Shown here: positions 51,000-64,000 of the stretch, piece by piece
Position numbering within the stretch: the stretch's first letter is position 1
Layout of the letters: each line of letters begins with the position of its first letter
From: the human T2T-CHM13v2.0 reference genome, Homo sapiens
DNA: 64,000 nt
Reading direction: 5' to 3' (one strand)
Assembly (NCBI RefSeq): GCF_009914755.1
Contig: NC_060942.1
Notes under the pieces: model-generated
Told to the model about the DNA's origin: nothing
What the model saw: only the letters and a program-made list of their open reading frames with translations
The model's database searches: none
Position numbers and translations under genes: made by a program

Positions 51000-52281
51000 A
51001 AAATCAAAATAATTCCTCTCTGATGGTGGGGCATGGGGAAGATGAAGGAAAGAGATATAGTGAATCACATCTTTGTCAGAAAGACAGTGGGTTCATTTGA
51101 GTAGTTGGATTATGTATTTCCCAGAGCCATCTCTCAGGATAAACCTAAGCTTCTTCAGGATACAAGGAAATTTCCTGGAATCCTAAACATTTAGAAAAAC
51201 ATTTCAAAAAACCTCGGTGTGGTACACTTGAAAGAATCTTCAGTTTCCTTGCCACGATAACAAATTAGCCACATATATCAACACTGCACCAGGCATCTCC
51301 ATAGTCACAGTTTGATGCAAGTTTCCAAATACCTCTGCAAAGCAGGCATTACTGTTACTATTTTACAAATGATGCCTGGAGAATATAGAAATTTCAACTC
51401 ATGCTTTGAATCCTGAAAACCACTTGAAGGCCCAAATTCGGATGGTCCATCTCCCAGAGTTGTCTCTAAATAACAACACTGTGTAGAATGAGAAGGCTGA
51501 AATGCCAAGTGATCTCAGTGACCCCCTTTCATGATATTTTAAGACTACTGCCAAGAACAATGTTGTCTTACAGGCAGCATAGGGTAGTTATCAATGTAAG
51601 AGAAAACTGCCAGGATGCCTGCAAAGCCCACAATCGGAAGTTCAGAGCAGCAGGTCATAAATTATTTTTATAAGAGAAAAGGCCAAGCAAGGGGCCGTTC
51701 TAACAGCCGTCTGGCATCCCTATCCTGCAACCTGGGCTGAGTTTGTACCGAATTTCTGCTTTGGGGCAGAAATTCATACCAGAAAAATGTTTCGTGATGC
51801 ATTTTTGTTCAGTTGAATAGAGCCAAGAATTTGTTCTAATTTAAATTAGATGACCTCTGAGCTGATATACTATAAAAAATATTAATCAAGTAACCCCAGC
51901 AAATACTGATAGGGTATCACCAGGGACTCAATGATATCACCAGGATGAAAGAGAACGGTGGCCTTTTTGGCTGGTATGATCCATAATTCCCACATAATCC
52001 ACGTCTATAAGTTAGAGAGAATTGTCAAGTACAGTTCAGTGCTAACCTGGAAACAAATAGCCCTTATAAGGCTGCTAATCCACTTAAAATAATCAGTTCC
52101 AGATTATTAATTTGGCACCCTCCCAAGGATACTACGAGGATCTGTCAGATTTCATGAACATATAGGCAACAATAGAACCAATACCCTAAACCCCAGAAAT
52201 CTAGATATGAAAGCTATGTAGAATCATACCCTTTCTAGTCCCACTGCTTCATAATACAAATGACAAAAATTCAGCTCATGA

Positions 52282-52547
<266 letters not shown>

Positions 52548-52619
52548 AGCCCAGTCTTCAGAGATGGAAAGACATGCGTCTATGTCATTTACGAGTTTCA
52601 TGGCCTGTGTCAAGCTAAT

Positions 52620-52765
52620 TCTACCCCCTGAGCCTCAGCTTGTTTCTTCTTTTCAAAAATGAAGATGCCAGTGGTTCTCACCTCATATTGTTGCAAGGAA
52701 TGGAACAATGGGTGTAGGGCACCTGGTGTAGAGTAGGTGCTCAGTCACATGTAGTTGCTGTTGTT
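52620..52765 (+). mobile_element. MIR SINE
   Basis: 'ctgagcctcag', 'cctcatattgttgcaagga', 'agtaggtgctcagt'. Confidence 0.6.
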
Positions 52766-53809
52766 CTTTCCCAGATTATACAAACAAATTCTTGCTAAGC
52801 CAGGATGAAAACCCAGGTTTCAGGACTCTCAGGCTGATACTCATACCATGCCACTCCATCAAAGAGAAGGGCATTTTCCACCTGTATCCCTGGGTCTGTG
52901 TTCCAATCATTCTAAACTCTGACCAGCGCCTCATAAGTTGAATGAAATATAAACGACTTCAATAAATCTCTTTTTTCCAAATAAATGAAGTTTATCAAGC
53001 TGTCCGATAACCCCGTGCTAAATCTATAAAACTGTAGGCAGCTTCCTTTGGGACCAACATTTCCTGGCTAATTAAAATGAATGTTGTATCGATGAAAGAT
53101 TATTTTAAAATGGCACTGATAGTGTTTAGACATTGTCATAACATCAGCCGGTGGATCACTAATTTGCAAATTTTACTAAAGATCTTGCCAATTAAAACCC
53201 CTTCTAGACACTCTCAAACACACTGTCAGTGACAGCTGAGAGACCACATGGTAAAGACATGATCACATTAAATTCACACAAGACTGTTCTCCCTGGAAGG
53301 GCTGAGGGAGAGAGACGGGGGCACGTCCCCATAGCAGGTGCCACTGAGTCAACCCAGCCAGACTGTCATAAGAGAAAAGCAAATTTTTGGGTTTTATTTT
53401 ACCCTAACTGCTTTCCAAAACAAACAGTGGAAATTCTTCTAAAAATCTGTAGGAAATTATCCTGAAAAATTGTGTTTCTCTTTGAGAGACAAGTGAAGAG
53501 AAGTGAATCTCTGAACCAATCTGAAACTCGCCAAGGTACAAGTTGGCTCACCTGGGAGGTGGTGGGCTTTAGCCCAGAGTCTTCTGGGACAGTTTGTCCC
53601 TCTCCAGGGGTTGCAGAAGCGGCAACAATAGTGATGAGTCTGTCTCTGGGAAGTCACCTCAATTAACAGCCACAGTGAATTCCTTTAAAAGTTAACTTTA
53701 CAAGCTCTGCCCAGCAGTGGGTCACTGGGGGAAATTTTCCAGATTTGAAAGTCAAGGTAGCATGACATGGCATGTATTTAAATGATCAGATTTCATGCAG
53801 ATAACCCTA

Positions 53810-54000
53810 ACAGCCAACACTTATTAAGGGCCTACCATGTGCATGATGTCATTTATTCATTACAACAATCCTATAAGATTGGTGCTATTATTATCCCCGA
53901 AGGACAGATGAGAAAATTAAGACTCAGAGATATTGCAACTCATCCTTGTACACAGAGTTGCTATGCAATATAGCTGGAATTCTAAACCCGGTCCCACTGA
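53810..54000 (-). mobile_element. MIR SINE
   Basis: 'gccaacacttattaagggcctaccatgtgc', 'attattatcccc..acagatgagaaaattaagactcagaga'. Confidence 0.85.
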
Positions 54001-54328
54001 GGGCCGTGACCCTGGTGGTGAAACTCCACAGTGTGACAGGCCTTATCCCTGAGATTTGTGGTCTATCCACATACCAGTCCATGGGAGATTATGGTCTTTT
54101 CTGATATCCATGTGTAATATTTCTCCATCCACTGAGATATTCGGGAATATATCAAGTTGTGCAAGTGTAACCACACACTAGGTTACTGCACAGAGACATT
54201 TTGTATGGAAACAGTGTGTAGTACAACTTTATTGAGAATCCAGATTCAAAATATGTAATTATTTGTGAAGAACGTGAAATTAAAAGGGGCTTATTCAATA
54301 AATTGGTAAGTAAATAAGATGGTACTAG

Positions 54329-54848
54329 TGTTCCAATGTCTACAGTTGTATAACACATTACCCTAAAGCTTAGAGGTATAAAACAACCACTTAGTATGCC
54401 CAACTCATCCTCAATCCATGATGTCTGGGCCTTCAGGTGGAAGACTTGAGGCTGATAGCTAGAGTCACCTGAAAGCTCTCTCACTCACATGACTTGGGGT
54501 TGATGCCGGCTGTGGGCTGGGGGCCTCAGTTCCTCACGTAGACATCTTCATGGGGTCTCCCCATGCAGTTCTTACAGCCTGGGGGCTGGGTTCTAAGGGA
54601 AAGCATACTGAGAGAGAAAGCCAGGGGGAAATTGTATCATTTTTTATGATCTAGCCTTGTAAGCCTCACAGCATCATATCTGCTGCAATCTATTCATCAG
54701 AAGCAAGTCACTAAAGCCATCTCATATTCAAGGGGAGGGAAATCAGACTCCACCTCTTGTTGGGAGGAATGCCAAAGTCCTGAGTAAAAAGAAGGTGGGG
54801 CTGGAAATATTGCTATGATCATTTTTAGAAAATAACGTATGCCACCAT
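54329..54848 (-). mobile_element. MLT1H/I-like LTR
   Basis: 'tgtataacacattaccctaaagcttag', 'ttttatgatctagcctt', 'attcaaggggagggaaatcagactccacctcttg'. Confidence 0.8.
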
Positions 54849-56480
54849 TTGGAATATTTGCCATAGTTTAAAGAACAAATTACTTATATACATACTATAT
54901 GCACAGATTAGAAGCATCCACTTTCCTATAAACATTCTTGTCTGTTATCTAAAGCAAACTTATGTACACCATATTAACTATACAGCATTTGTATATATTT
55001 TTTAAAGCAATCCATCAAAGTATGCCATCTGAAAACCATTGTCTAAATACCCATATATTAGGTGTGAAGGTAATGAAATTATATTTGCCTTTAAATATGT
55101 TACAATGCATTTTAGAAATTTAAATTAGCTTTTCTCTTTCTATGAGTTTATGAAGATTTTGTTTGTTTGTTTGTGGGTTGTTTTTTTGTTTTTGATTTTT
55201 GATTTTTTTTGGGGTTTTTTTGCATGTGCACAAAGACCTTGAACTACAAAGACCATTGGTGTCAAACTGTTTCTTTCACTGTTCCTGGGTAGGAAAGACT
55301 GAATCTAAATCATCATTACATTTTTATTGTTGTTATCTATTAAAATCCCAAACAAAAGAAAAATGTGGCCTAACACCTTCCAACAGGCTCAAAGATAAGC
55401 AGGGTGCCCCATGTGGTTTCAAAATGTTTGGGGATTTTCCAGAAATCTTTCTGTTGTTCATTTTTAGTTTAATTCCATCATAGTAAGAGAAAACACTTTG
55501 AATGACTTAAACACTTTTTAAATGTTTTGAAACTTGTAATAAATGTTGTGTGCACTTGAGAATTTGTATTCTGATATATTTGGATAGAGTGTTCTATAAA
55601 TACCAATTAGGTCATGTTTGTTGATTATGTTGTCCAAATTTTTAATATCCTTACTGATTATCAGTTTGCTTACTCTGTTATTAAGCTAGCAGTACTGAAA
55701 TTTCTAAAAGTAATTGAGAATGTATCTATTGCTACTTGAAATGCTACAGTTTTTTGCTTCATGCTTTTTGAAGTTATGTTATTAGAAGAATAAACACAGA
55801 ATTGTTATGCTCTCCTGATAAAATGACCCTTGTATCTTTATGAAATGACCTTCTTTATATCTGATAATATTCTTTGCTATGATGTCAACTTTTTTCTGAT
55901 AGTAATATAGCTTGTCTGACTTCCTTTTGGTTAGAGTTAACATATATATCTACTTCCATTCATTCACTGTAAACTTGTGTTTTTATTTAAAGTAATAAAT
56001 AAAGTTATTATTTATATAGTTGGATCTTTTTTTGAAATCCAATCTGATAATGCCTGCCTCTTAATTGGGTATTAGGGCCTTTTAAATATAATGTGATTAT
56101 TGATATGGTTAGGTTTGAGTCTATCTTCTTGCTATTTGTTTTCCATTTTTCCCATCAGTTTGTTGCTCCTCCTTTACTTTCTCTGCCTTCTTTTGGATTA
56201 ATTGATTTTTTGTGATTGATTTTATCTCTTTTGTTAGCTTACTAACTGTATATTTTCTTTTTGTATGATTGTAGTGGTTACTTTTTGGTGTATAGTATAC
56301 ATATTTAGCTAACCACAGTCTAGCTTCAAGTGACATTATACTACTTCCCATACAGTATAAGAACCACACAATAGTATACTTCTGTTTCTCAACCTCCAGC
56401 CTCTGAGTTATTACCATAGATTTTACTTTTACATATGTTACAAACCCATATTATATTGTTATTATTTTAGTGTAAAAAGT

Positions 56481-57226
<746 letters not shown>

Positions 57227-57311
57227 GAAAATCAATCATCTTTTAAAGAGATTTAAGTATAAAGAAAAAGAAAAATATTTATATATACTCATGGAATTCC
57301 TCTGTTTAGAA

Positions 57312-57523
57312 CAGAGACTTTTCAGCTTCATTACTACTGACATTCTTTGTCGTGGGGGAAGTCATGTGCATTGTAGAATGTTAAGCAGCATCCCTGGCCT
57401 CTATCCACTAGAAGCTCTAGCGTTCCACACCTTCCCCCAAATTGTGACAAACAAAAATATCTGCAGATATTGCCAAATGTCCAGAGGGCCAGGGATAAAA
57501 TCGCCTTCAGTTGACAATCACTG
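57312..57523 (-). mobile_element. MER20
   Basis: 'gtgcattgtagaatgttaagcagcatccctggcctctatccactaga', 'ttgtgacaaacaaaaatatctgcagatattgccaaatgtcc', 'gttgacaatcactg'. Confidence 0.92.
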
Positions 57524-58272
57524 GTGTATATCCATATTTCTAACTGGTATCATTTCCTTCTTCTCAAAAGACTCCCATGAATATTTTGTGTAGTGAAAGG
57601 AATGCTGGTGATAAATTCTTTCAGCTTTTGTACTTTAGAAAAAGTCATTATTTCACCTTCATTTTCGAGAGCTATTTTCACTGGATGAAGAATCATAGGC
57701 TGACACCTTTGTTCTTCTTACAAATTAAAAATGTGGCTCCGTTGCCTTCTCATTTGCACCGTTTCCTGCAAGAAGTCTACTGTCATCCTTATCTTTGTTC
57801 CTCTGTATGTAATGCATGTTTTTTCCTCTGGCTGCTATAAAGATTTTCTCTTTATCACTGATTTTGAGCAAATTGATTATGATATACCTCGATGTCATTT
57901 TCTTCATGCTTCTTGTGCTTAGGGCTCATTCATACTGGTATAAATCTTCATCTACAAACAGTTGTGAAACAAATATCAGATTTCTTTTGTTATTTTAACT
58001 CAAGTTAAATCTAACTTTGTACCAACCCTCCCCAACACACTGTGGGAAACTCAGTCATAGTCATTATTTTTCCTTCCCCCACAGAAAGGGGGATGTCCCC
58101 TGGACCTTACACAGATGGGGGGGGTCCCTTCAATCATGGGTCACTGATGTGCTTTGTTGGCCATGGAGATACTTGGTGTTCTTGTTCACAGCCAGTGTTG
58201 TCTCTAATCTGCACCTGGGACGTGGAACTCTTCAGGCAGCCAGAGTCCTGTGCCCATCTTTAGGATGGGAGC

Positions 58273-58706
58273 GGCTATAGTTTAGATGTTTGTACCATCC
58301 AAATCTCAAGTTGAAATTTGATCCCCAGTGTGGTGTTGGAAGGTGGGGCCTAATGGGAATTGTTCTGGCCATGTGGGTGAATCTCTTATGAATAGATTGA
58401 TGTCATCCCTGGGTTGGGAAGTGAGTTCTTTCACACTCTATTAGTTCTGTAGAGAGCTGGTTGTTGAAAAGAGCCTGGCCTCTTCCTTCTCCCTCTTGCT
58501 TCCTGTCTCACCACGTGATCTGCACACCCTGGCACCCTTTTGCCTTCCACCATGAGCCGAAGCATCCTGAGGCTCTCACCAGAAGAAACTGCTGGTATCA
58601 TGCTTCTTGTACAGCCTGAAGAACCATGAGTTAAATAAACCTATTTTCTTTATAAATTACCCAGTCTCAGGTATTCCTTTATAGCAACAGTAAATAGACT
58701 AAAGCA
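58273..58706 (+). mobile_element. MSTB/MSTB1 solo LTR
   Basis: gctatagtttagatgttt ... aattacccagtctcaggtattcctttatagcaaca..gactaaagca. TSD ggagc/agagc. Confidence 0.9.
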
Positions 58707-59542
58707 AGAGCTGGCTCCCTAAGTCCAGCATTTTCCTCCATTCCCTATGCCTCCTGCTCTCTCCTGGAACACTGTGGTGGTACCCTGCCTCTCTCCATGG
58801 CAAGGGACTCTGTCTTTCACTACTCCCCAGGCTCTCCTCCCTCTTTTTTCCCCTTTTTTGAATATCCAGCATGATTTATTCAATAGGTTTGATTTTGAAG
58901 AACAACAAACAGGAAAGTCAAATAATTCCAAACATCTGCTTTCCACCTTGAAAAAAAAAAAAAATCCCCCAAACGAAGAAATGCCAACAGCATAGCCACC
59001 TACTTGAAAAGAGAATGAAAGGAAAAGTTTGAAGAACAAAATCTAAGTTTACACCAAAGACTGCCCTTCCATCTGTATAAATTATGACATGAAGTGATAA
59101 ATGGTATAATATATATTAAGAAAGTGCTATGGGAACACTTAGGAGTAATCTGTAAAGGAGGCAACAATGAGCTGGATCTTGAAAAATAAGGAAGAGGGTA
59201 CAAGGCCAAAACAAAGGCATCCCAGGAAGAGTGAGAAGTTTGTGCAAAGCCCCAGGTTGTGGGGTATCTTAGGAACAATGAGAAAAAAGAGATCGTGTGT
59301 GGCAGTGTGAGCAGAGGGAGTGATGAAGGAATGGGAGAGTAACAGCAGAGGAAGCTGGAAAACTTAGTAACTAATCCTAAATGGCTTTATAAGCGAAACT
59401 AAGAAGCTGAAATGGGATACTGTAGGGAGCAGGCATTCAGCAGAAGTCCTTTAGGTGTGTGAACAACATACATAGCTCCACTTTTTATTACAATGAGATT
59501 ATCAAAAATTAAGATACAGCAATTATGGTAAAAAGAAAACTA

Positions 59543-60458
59543 TATTCATTTTCTATCACTGAGTAAAATATTACCACTTTAAACAACACACATTTAATAT
59601 CTCACAATTTCTGTGATCAGGAATCCAGACACGACTTAACTGGGTCCTCTGCTCAGGGTCTGTCACAAGCCTGCAATCAAGATGTCAGCTAGGGCTGAGA
59701 TGTCATTTGAAGGCTTGACTGGTGGGAAGATTTGCTCCAAGCTCAAGTGGTTTTTGGCAGGGGTCAGTTCCTGAAGGATTGTTGGATGGTGTATTTGTCT
59801 GTTCTCACACTACTAATAAAGACATACCCAAGACTGGGTAATTTGTAAACGAAAGAGGTTTAATAACTCACAGTTCCACATGGCTGGGGAAGCCTCACAA
59901 TCATAGCAGAAGGCAAAGGAGAAGTAAAGACATGTCTTACATGGCGACAGGCAAGAGAGCTTGTGCAGGGGAACTCCCATTTTTAAAACCATCAGATCTT
60001 GTGAAACTTATTCACTACCATAAGAACAGTATGGGGGAAACTGCCCCCATTATCTCTACCTGGCCCTACCCTTGACATGTGGAGATTATTACAATTCAAG
60101 GTGAGATTTGGGTGGGGACACAGCCAAACCATATCAGATGGTGAGCCTCGTTCTTTGCTGGATATTGGCCAGAAATGTCCCTCAGTTTCTTGCCACTGGG
60201 CTTCTCTATAAGGCAGTTCACAATATGGCAGCCTGTTTCATCAAAGCCAGAAACAGAAAGAGTCTACTAGCAAGACTGAAGTTACAATCTTATGTAACAT
60301 CATCATGGAAGCAAAATCCCATCACCTTTGCAACATTTTATTAGTTAAATGCTGGTTGCAGGGCCCCCTGCTCCATATTCAGACAGAGGGATTACACAAA
60401 TGAATGAATACTAGGAGAAGAGAATTATTTGTCACCATCTCAGAGTTCATCTACCACA
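59543..60458 (-). mobile_element. MLT1F-like LTR, split by THE1B
   Basis: 'aaacaacacacatttaatatctcacaatttctgtgatcaggaatc' ... 'caccatctcagagttcatctaccaca'. Confidence 0.85.
59790..60136 (-). mobile_element. THE1B solo LTR
   Basis: tgtatttgtctgttctcacac ... cacagccaaaccatatca. Perfect TSD gatgg (59785-59789 / 60137-60141). Confidence 0.95.
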
Positions 60459-60829
60459 AAAAGAAAAGAAAAGCAATTATTCCCCGGAAGCTGCCTTCTA
60501 GGCTTGGAGTAGAAGGTCACAGCTACTGGTCTAGCTAGGTCAATAAGTAAAAATTCTAATTGCCATGACACTGCCCATGGGCCTCCAAATAGGCTGCCAC
60601 CTGTTCAGTACGGGCTTACCTCCAAGGAGAATCAAACAATTAGCAATTTCATGAATTAATGAAGAGCTTTCCCTTACACTATGAAGGATAAATATTTCTG
60701 AGCTTACATAAAAATCCGTGTACTTATTAGAAAAGGCAGACATATTTATGAAGCCTGATTCCTTCTTTTAAATGCAAGATGTAGATTCATAATAATCCCA
60801 TTCTTATAAAACTCATGTGCATTACTGAG

Positions 60830-62170
60830 GAAATAATATTTGAGCAGCAATCTAAAGGATGCCCAGTGGTTAAACAGAAAAAAGGTGGAAGAAAACAATA
60901 TGCCTGATGACCAAAGGTCAAGGGAAAAAATGTTGCAAGAGGAGTCCAGGAAAATGTCAAAGCCAGATTATGAAGATCCTTCAGTATTGGGAAGCCACTG
61001 AAGAGTTTTAAGCTAATGAGTAGTATCCAGTTTGAATTCTTAAAAGATCACTCTGGCAGCATGAGACCAGTTGGGAGGGGATATTCAAAAGGTTAAGCAA
61101 GAGATCATATTAGCTTGGATGAGGGTGAAGAAAATGAGATGGGGGGAGATGGACAGATTCCAAAGATATTTAGAAGTTCCCATTTGAAAGGTTTAATGGT
61201 AGATTCAGCAGGCGAAGTTAAGATGAAGTAGAGCTCCCAGGGGTGTAACTGGACAACTGGAGTGGGTGGTAGTGGATTTCACTAAACCAGGGAATTATTA
61301 GGGGAAAGTCAGGCTTCAAGGGTAAGATCATGAGTATTGGCTAAACCACAATGAGTGTTGAGGTGCCTGTGCAACCTCCCATTGGAGGTTACAAACTATC
61401 TGGGTACATGTGTTCTGGAGCTCAGGAGAGATTTCTGAACCAGGGATCAACATGTGGGAATCTCTGACACACAGATGGCAACTAAAGACTCAGCTATGAT
61501 AGATAGCGTCTAGAGAAAGAATGTAGAGTGAGAAGAGAAAGAAGAATAGAACCAAACCTGGAGGGACCTCAATGTTCAATGGGCAGGTAAAGAAGGAATG
61601 ACCCTTTAAAGGAGGTTGGCAAGCACTACTAGCCAAGGATATAAAATAAAAATCGAGAAGGAAGAGATACACAAATATTTCAAAGAGATACTGGTCCACA
61701 TTTATGAGAGATCAACCATGATGGGATTTGAAGAATGTTCATTGTAGTCAGTGACATGGAGGTCGTAAGCAACTTAGAGTCACTTCATTGAAGTGATGGG
61801 GATTAAATGCATACTGAAATGGGCTGAGGAGAGAGTAAATGATGAGAAGAAAGTAGGTATGGCTTAGCTATAAAAGGGTGAAAGAGACTGGACAGGAGCT
61901 AAAAGATAAGGTATAATTGAAAGAAGATGGTTTTAAGATGAATGAGACTTTATGGTAGTGAAATGCTGAATAAAAAAACTAGTGGAGAAGTGAATCGTAA
62001 AGACAGAGCAGAGAGATTATATTCAGAAATGTTCTGAAAAGCAAGAATGAATGGAAACCAAACACAAGAGAAGGAGGTGACTTTAGATAGGAGGAAGAAC
62101 AACTCCTTATTCTAACAGGAGGTTGAAAGAAAGAATGGACGTAGATACACATAGGTTTGGAGGATTTTAA
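60830..62170 (-). mobile_element. L2 fragment
   Basis: 'gggaagccactgaagagttttaagc', 'aaaagatcactctggc', 'tgaggtgcctgtg', 'ggagctcaggagaga', 'gagggacctcaatgttcaatgg'. Confidence 0.8.
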
Positions 62171-62432
62171 AAAGTTGGGGTAAAAGCAAAAAAAAAAAAG
62201 TAAAGTTGGGGTGTGCATGTGTGTCTGTAGGCAGAGAAATACCTTTAAAATGGCTTCTATTTTCTTTAGGAATAGAAGTGAGTTCATTTGCTGATCCAGC
62301 AAATGGAAATGATAATAGATTTGGATTCTTACGTGAGAGAATTTTTTTATTAGTACATGAGCTTGTATTCTCACAGTCTTAGCAACAAAGTGAAACATTT
62401 AGTCAATCTGTTTTCTAAATATTAGATATGGC

Positions 62433-62741
62433 TTTTGTTTTTGTTTTTGTTTTGGTTTTTTTTTTTGAGACAGAGTCTTGCTCTGTCACCCAGGCTGGAG
62501 TGCAGTGGTGTGATGTCGGCTCACAGTAACAAACAATTCTCCTACCTCAGCCTCCTGAGTAGCTAGCTGGGATTACAGGCACCTGCCACCACTCCTGGCT
62601 AATTTTTGTATTTTTTTTTTTAATAGAGACAGGGTTTCACCATGTTGGCCAGGCTGATCTCGAACTCCTGACATAAAGTGATCTGCCTGCCTCAACCTCC
62701 CAAAGTGCTGGGATTACTGGTGTGAGCCACCGCGCGTGACC
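62433..62741 (-). mobile_element. AluS with a small right-arm deletion
   Basis: Antisense Alu with a (TTTTG)n tail. The 'ctccgcctcccgggttc' segment is missing near 62530. Confidence 0.92.
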
Positions 62742-62899
62742 TAGGTAAGTTCTTAACGGCTTTCTTTACTTAATTTAATCATTTTGGCTTTGGTCTGGGT
62801 GATGTTTGCTTTTTGTTTACTAAAATAATCTAGTTTATCCACATGGACACAAACTCAAATCACGTTTTCAGAAGCAGCGGGCACGTTTTCAGAAGCATG

Positions 62900-63340
62900 T
62901 TACCAATACTTCTTTCTTTCCTGACTACTGTATTCAGGATACAGCTTCCTGGATCTTGTTGAGAGTTTCAGTAATGCCATGCTACATTTCAGCTATTACT
63001 AGAACATTTCACTGTCAATGTAATTTCAGTAATAAGTTGGATTCTAACCATTTCAAGGAGGCAGTCTCTCAAAAATATTCTGGTGCTTTTCCAAAAGTTT
63101 CGAAAGCTAAGTGTGGCCAAAATGTTGCAGGTAGCCTAGAAGTTAATGTTCAAGTTTACACAAATCTCCCAAATTCCAAACTTATCATCACTTCATCTAA
63201 TATTTCCTGGGGCTTACTGATTTCCTTCATATCTCCCTAATCAATGTTTTCTTGTTCCTATTTGTGGCATATCAAACACCCTTTAACTTACAGCTTTTTT
63301 TGGCTCTGGCCTCTGAGATTATGTTTATTTTTAAGTTGTT
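62900..63340 (-). mobile_element. Possible Gypsy LTR-retrotransposon gag relic
   Basis: Manual translation with stops and frameshifts: AKKSCKLKGV*YATNRNKKTLIREI ... LPATFWPHLAFETFGKA/QNIFERLPP. Confidence 0.35.
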
Positions 63341-64000
63341 CTTTGATTCTGAAGACTTATTAAGGCATTAATGAAGAGAGTAACTTGATGGATGTCAAAG
63401 GAGTTTCCAGTGAAGAGTTGCCAAGGATGGGCTTGATTACAGGGGCCTGTCTATGAAAATAACAGAGAAAGGTTGAGCTCTGTAATTAAATCTCTAGGTG
63501 CCTAAGCTCATAAGGACCTCCAAAACACATAAGTTGAACCCAGTATAGGTGATTATTCCAGGCTATCAGGAAGAAAAGCAAAATGTATAATCATAACTCA
63601 TAATTTAGGAGATTTAGGAGATTTAATTTAAAAAACAAATATTGAAAGACTTTCTCCAGCTATATGAGTGGTGGCCCTCTGTTACCTGAAAAATGAAAGC
63701 AGTTGTGTACACACTATCCAGAAAATGTTCCTCCTCCACTTCACTTTAGAATGACACACCCTTTTTTTCTTTTTCCTATTCCTCTCTTTGATTCAAATCA
63801 TTCTTTTCCAGGAGCATTGGACCAGCTTTTTTAAGAGGGTCATCTATTCTTTCTCACTCCGTCAAATTTATCACCACATCATCCCTGCCACTCCTGTTAT
63901 CATCCTTCTGATAGGATTAATACCATCTCAAATAAGATGTGTGGTCTGCAGGACAATACACCAGGTAGAAAGCTGCACACAGAAGGAACATGTGGGAAAG

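Noticed and set aside
52940-52990. Paired AATAAA signals as a transcript 3' end
   Set aside because: These are common in AT-rich DNA, and no linked exon structure can be shown from the sequence alone.

Overview
Primate (human or great-ape-like) non-coding genomic DNA, intergenic or deep intronic. AluY, AluS, AluJ/FLAM, THE1/MST/MLT LTRs, L1, L2, MIR and MER DNA transposons make up a large part of the window. I found no credible protein-coding exon, RNA gene, CpG island or CRISPR array, and most ORFs in the track are Alu-derived, low-complexity or chance frames. I could not identify the locus, and repeat subfamily names come from recalled consensus sequences, not from a search. The most notable structures are: (1) a TIR- and TSD-bounded Ricksha-type (MuDR) DNA transposon carrying a captured ERVL 3' end plus MLT2 LTR (5461-7398); (2) a non-tandem local duplication of about 312 bp that crosses a TE boundary (37362-37673 and 38339-38662); (3) a decayed minus-strand reading frame resembling a Gmr1/SCAN-type Gypsy gag (about 62900-63340); (4) a TE-free block dense in POU/SOX/homeobox/MAF motifs that looks like a developmental enhancer (16380-17620); and (5) several nested TE stacks with intact TSDs. 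I do not see evidence for a wholly new biological system.
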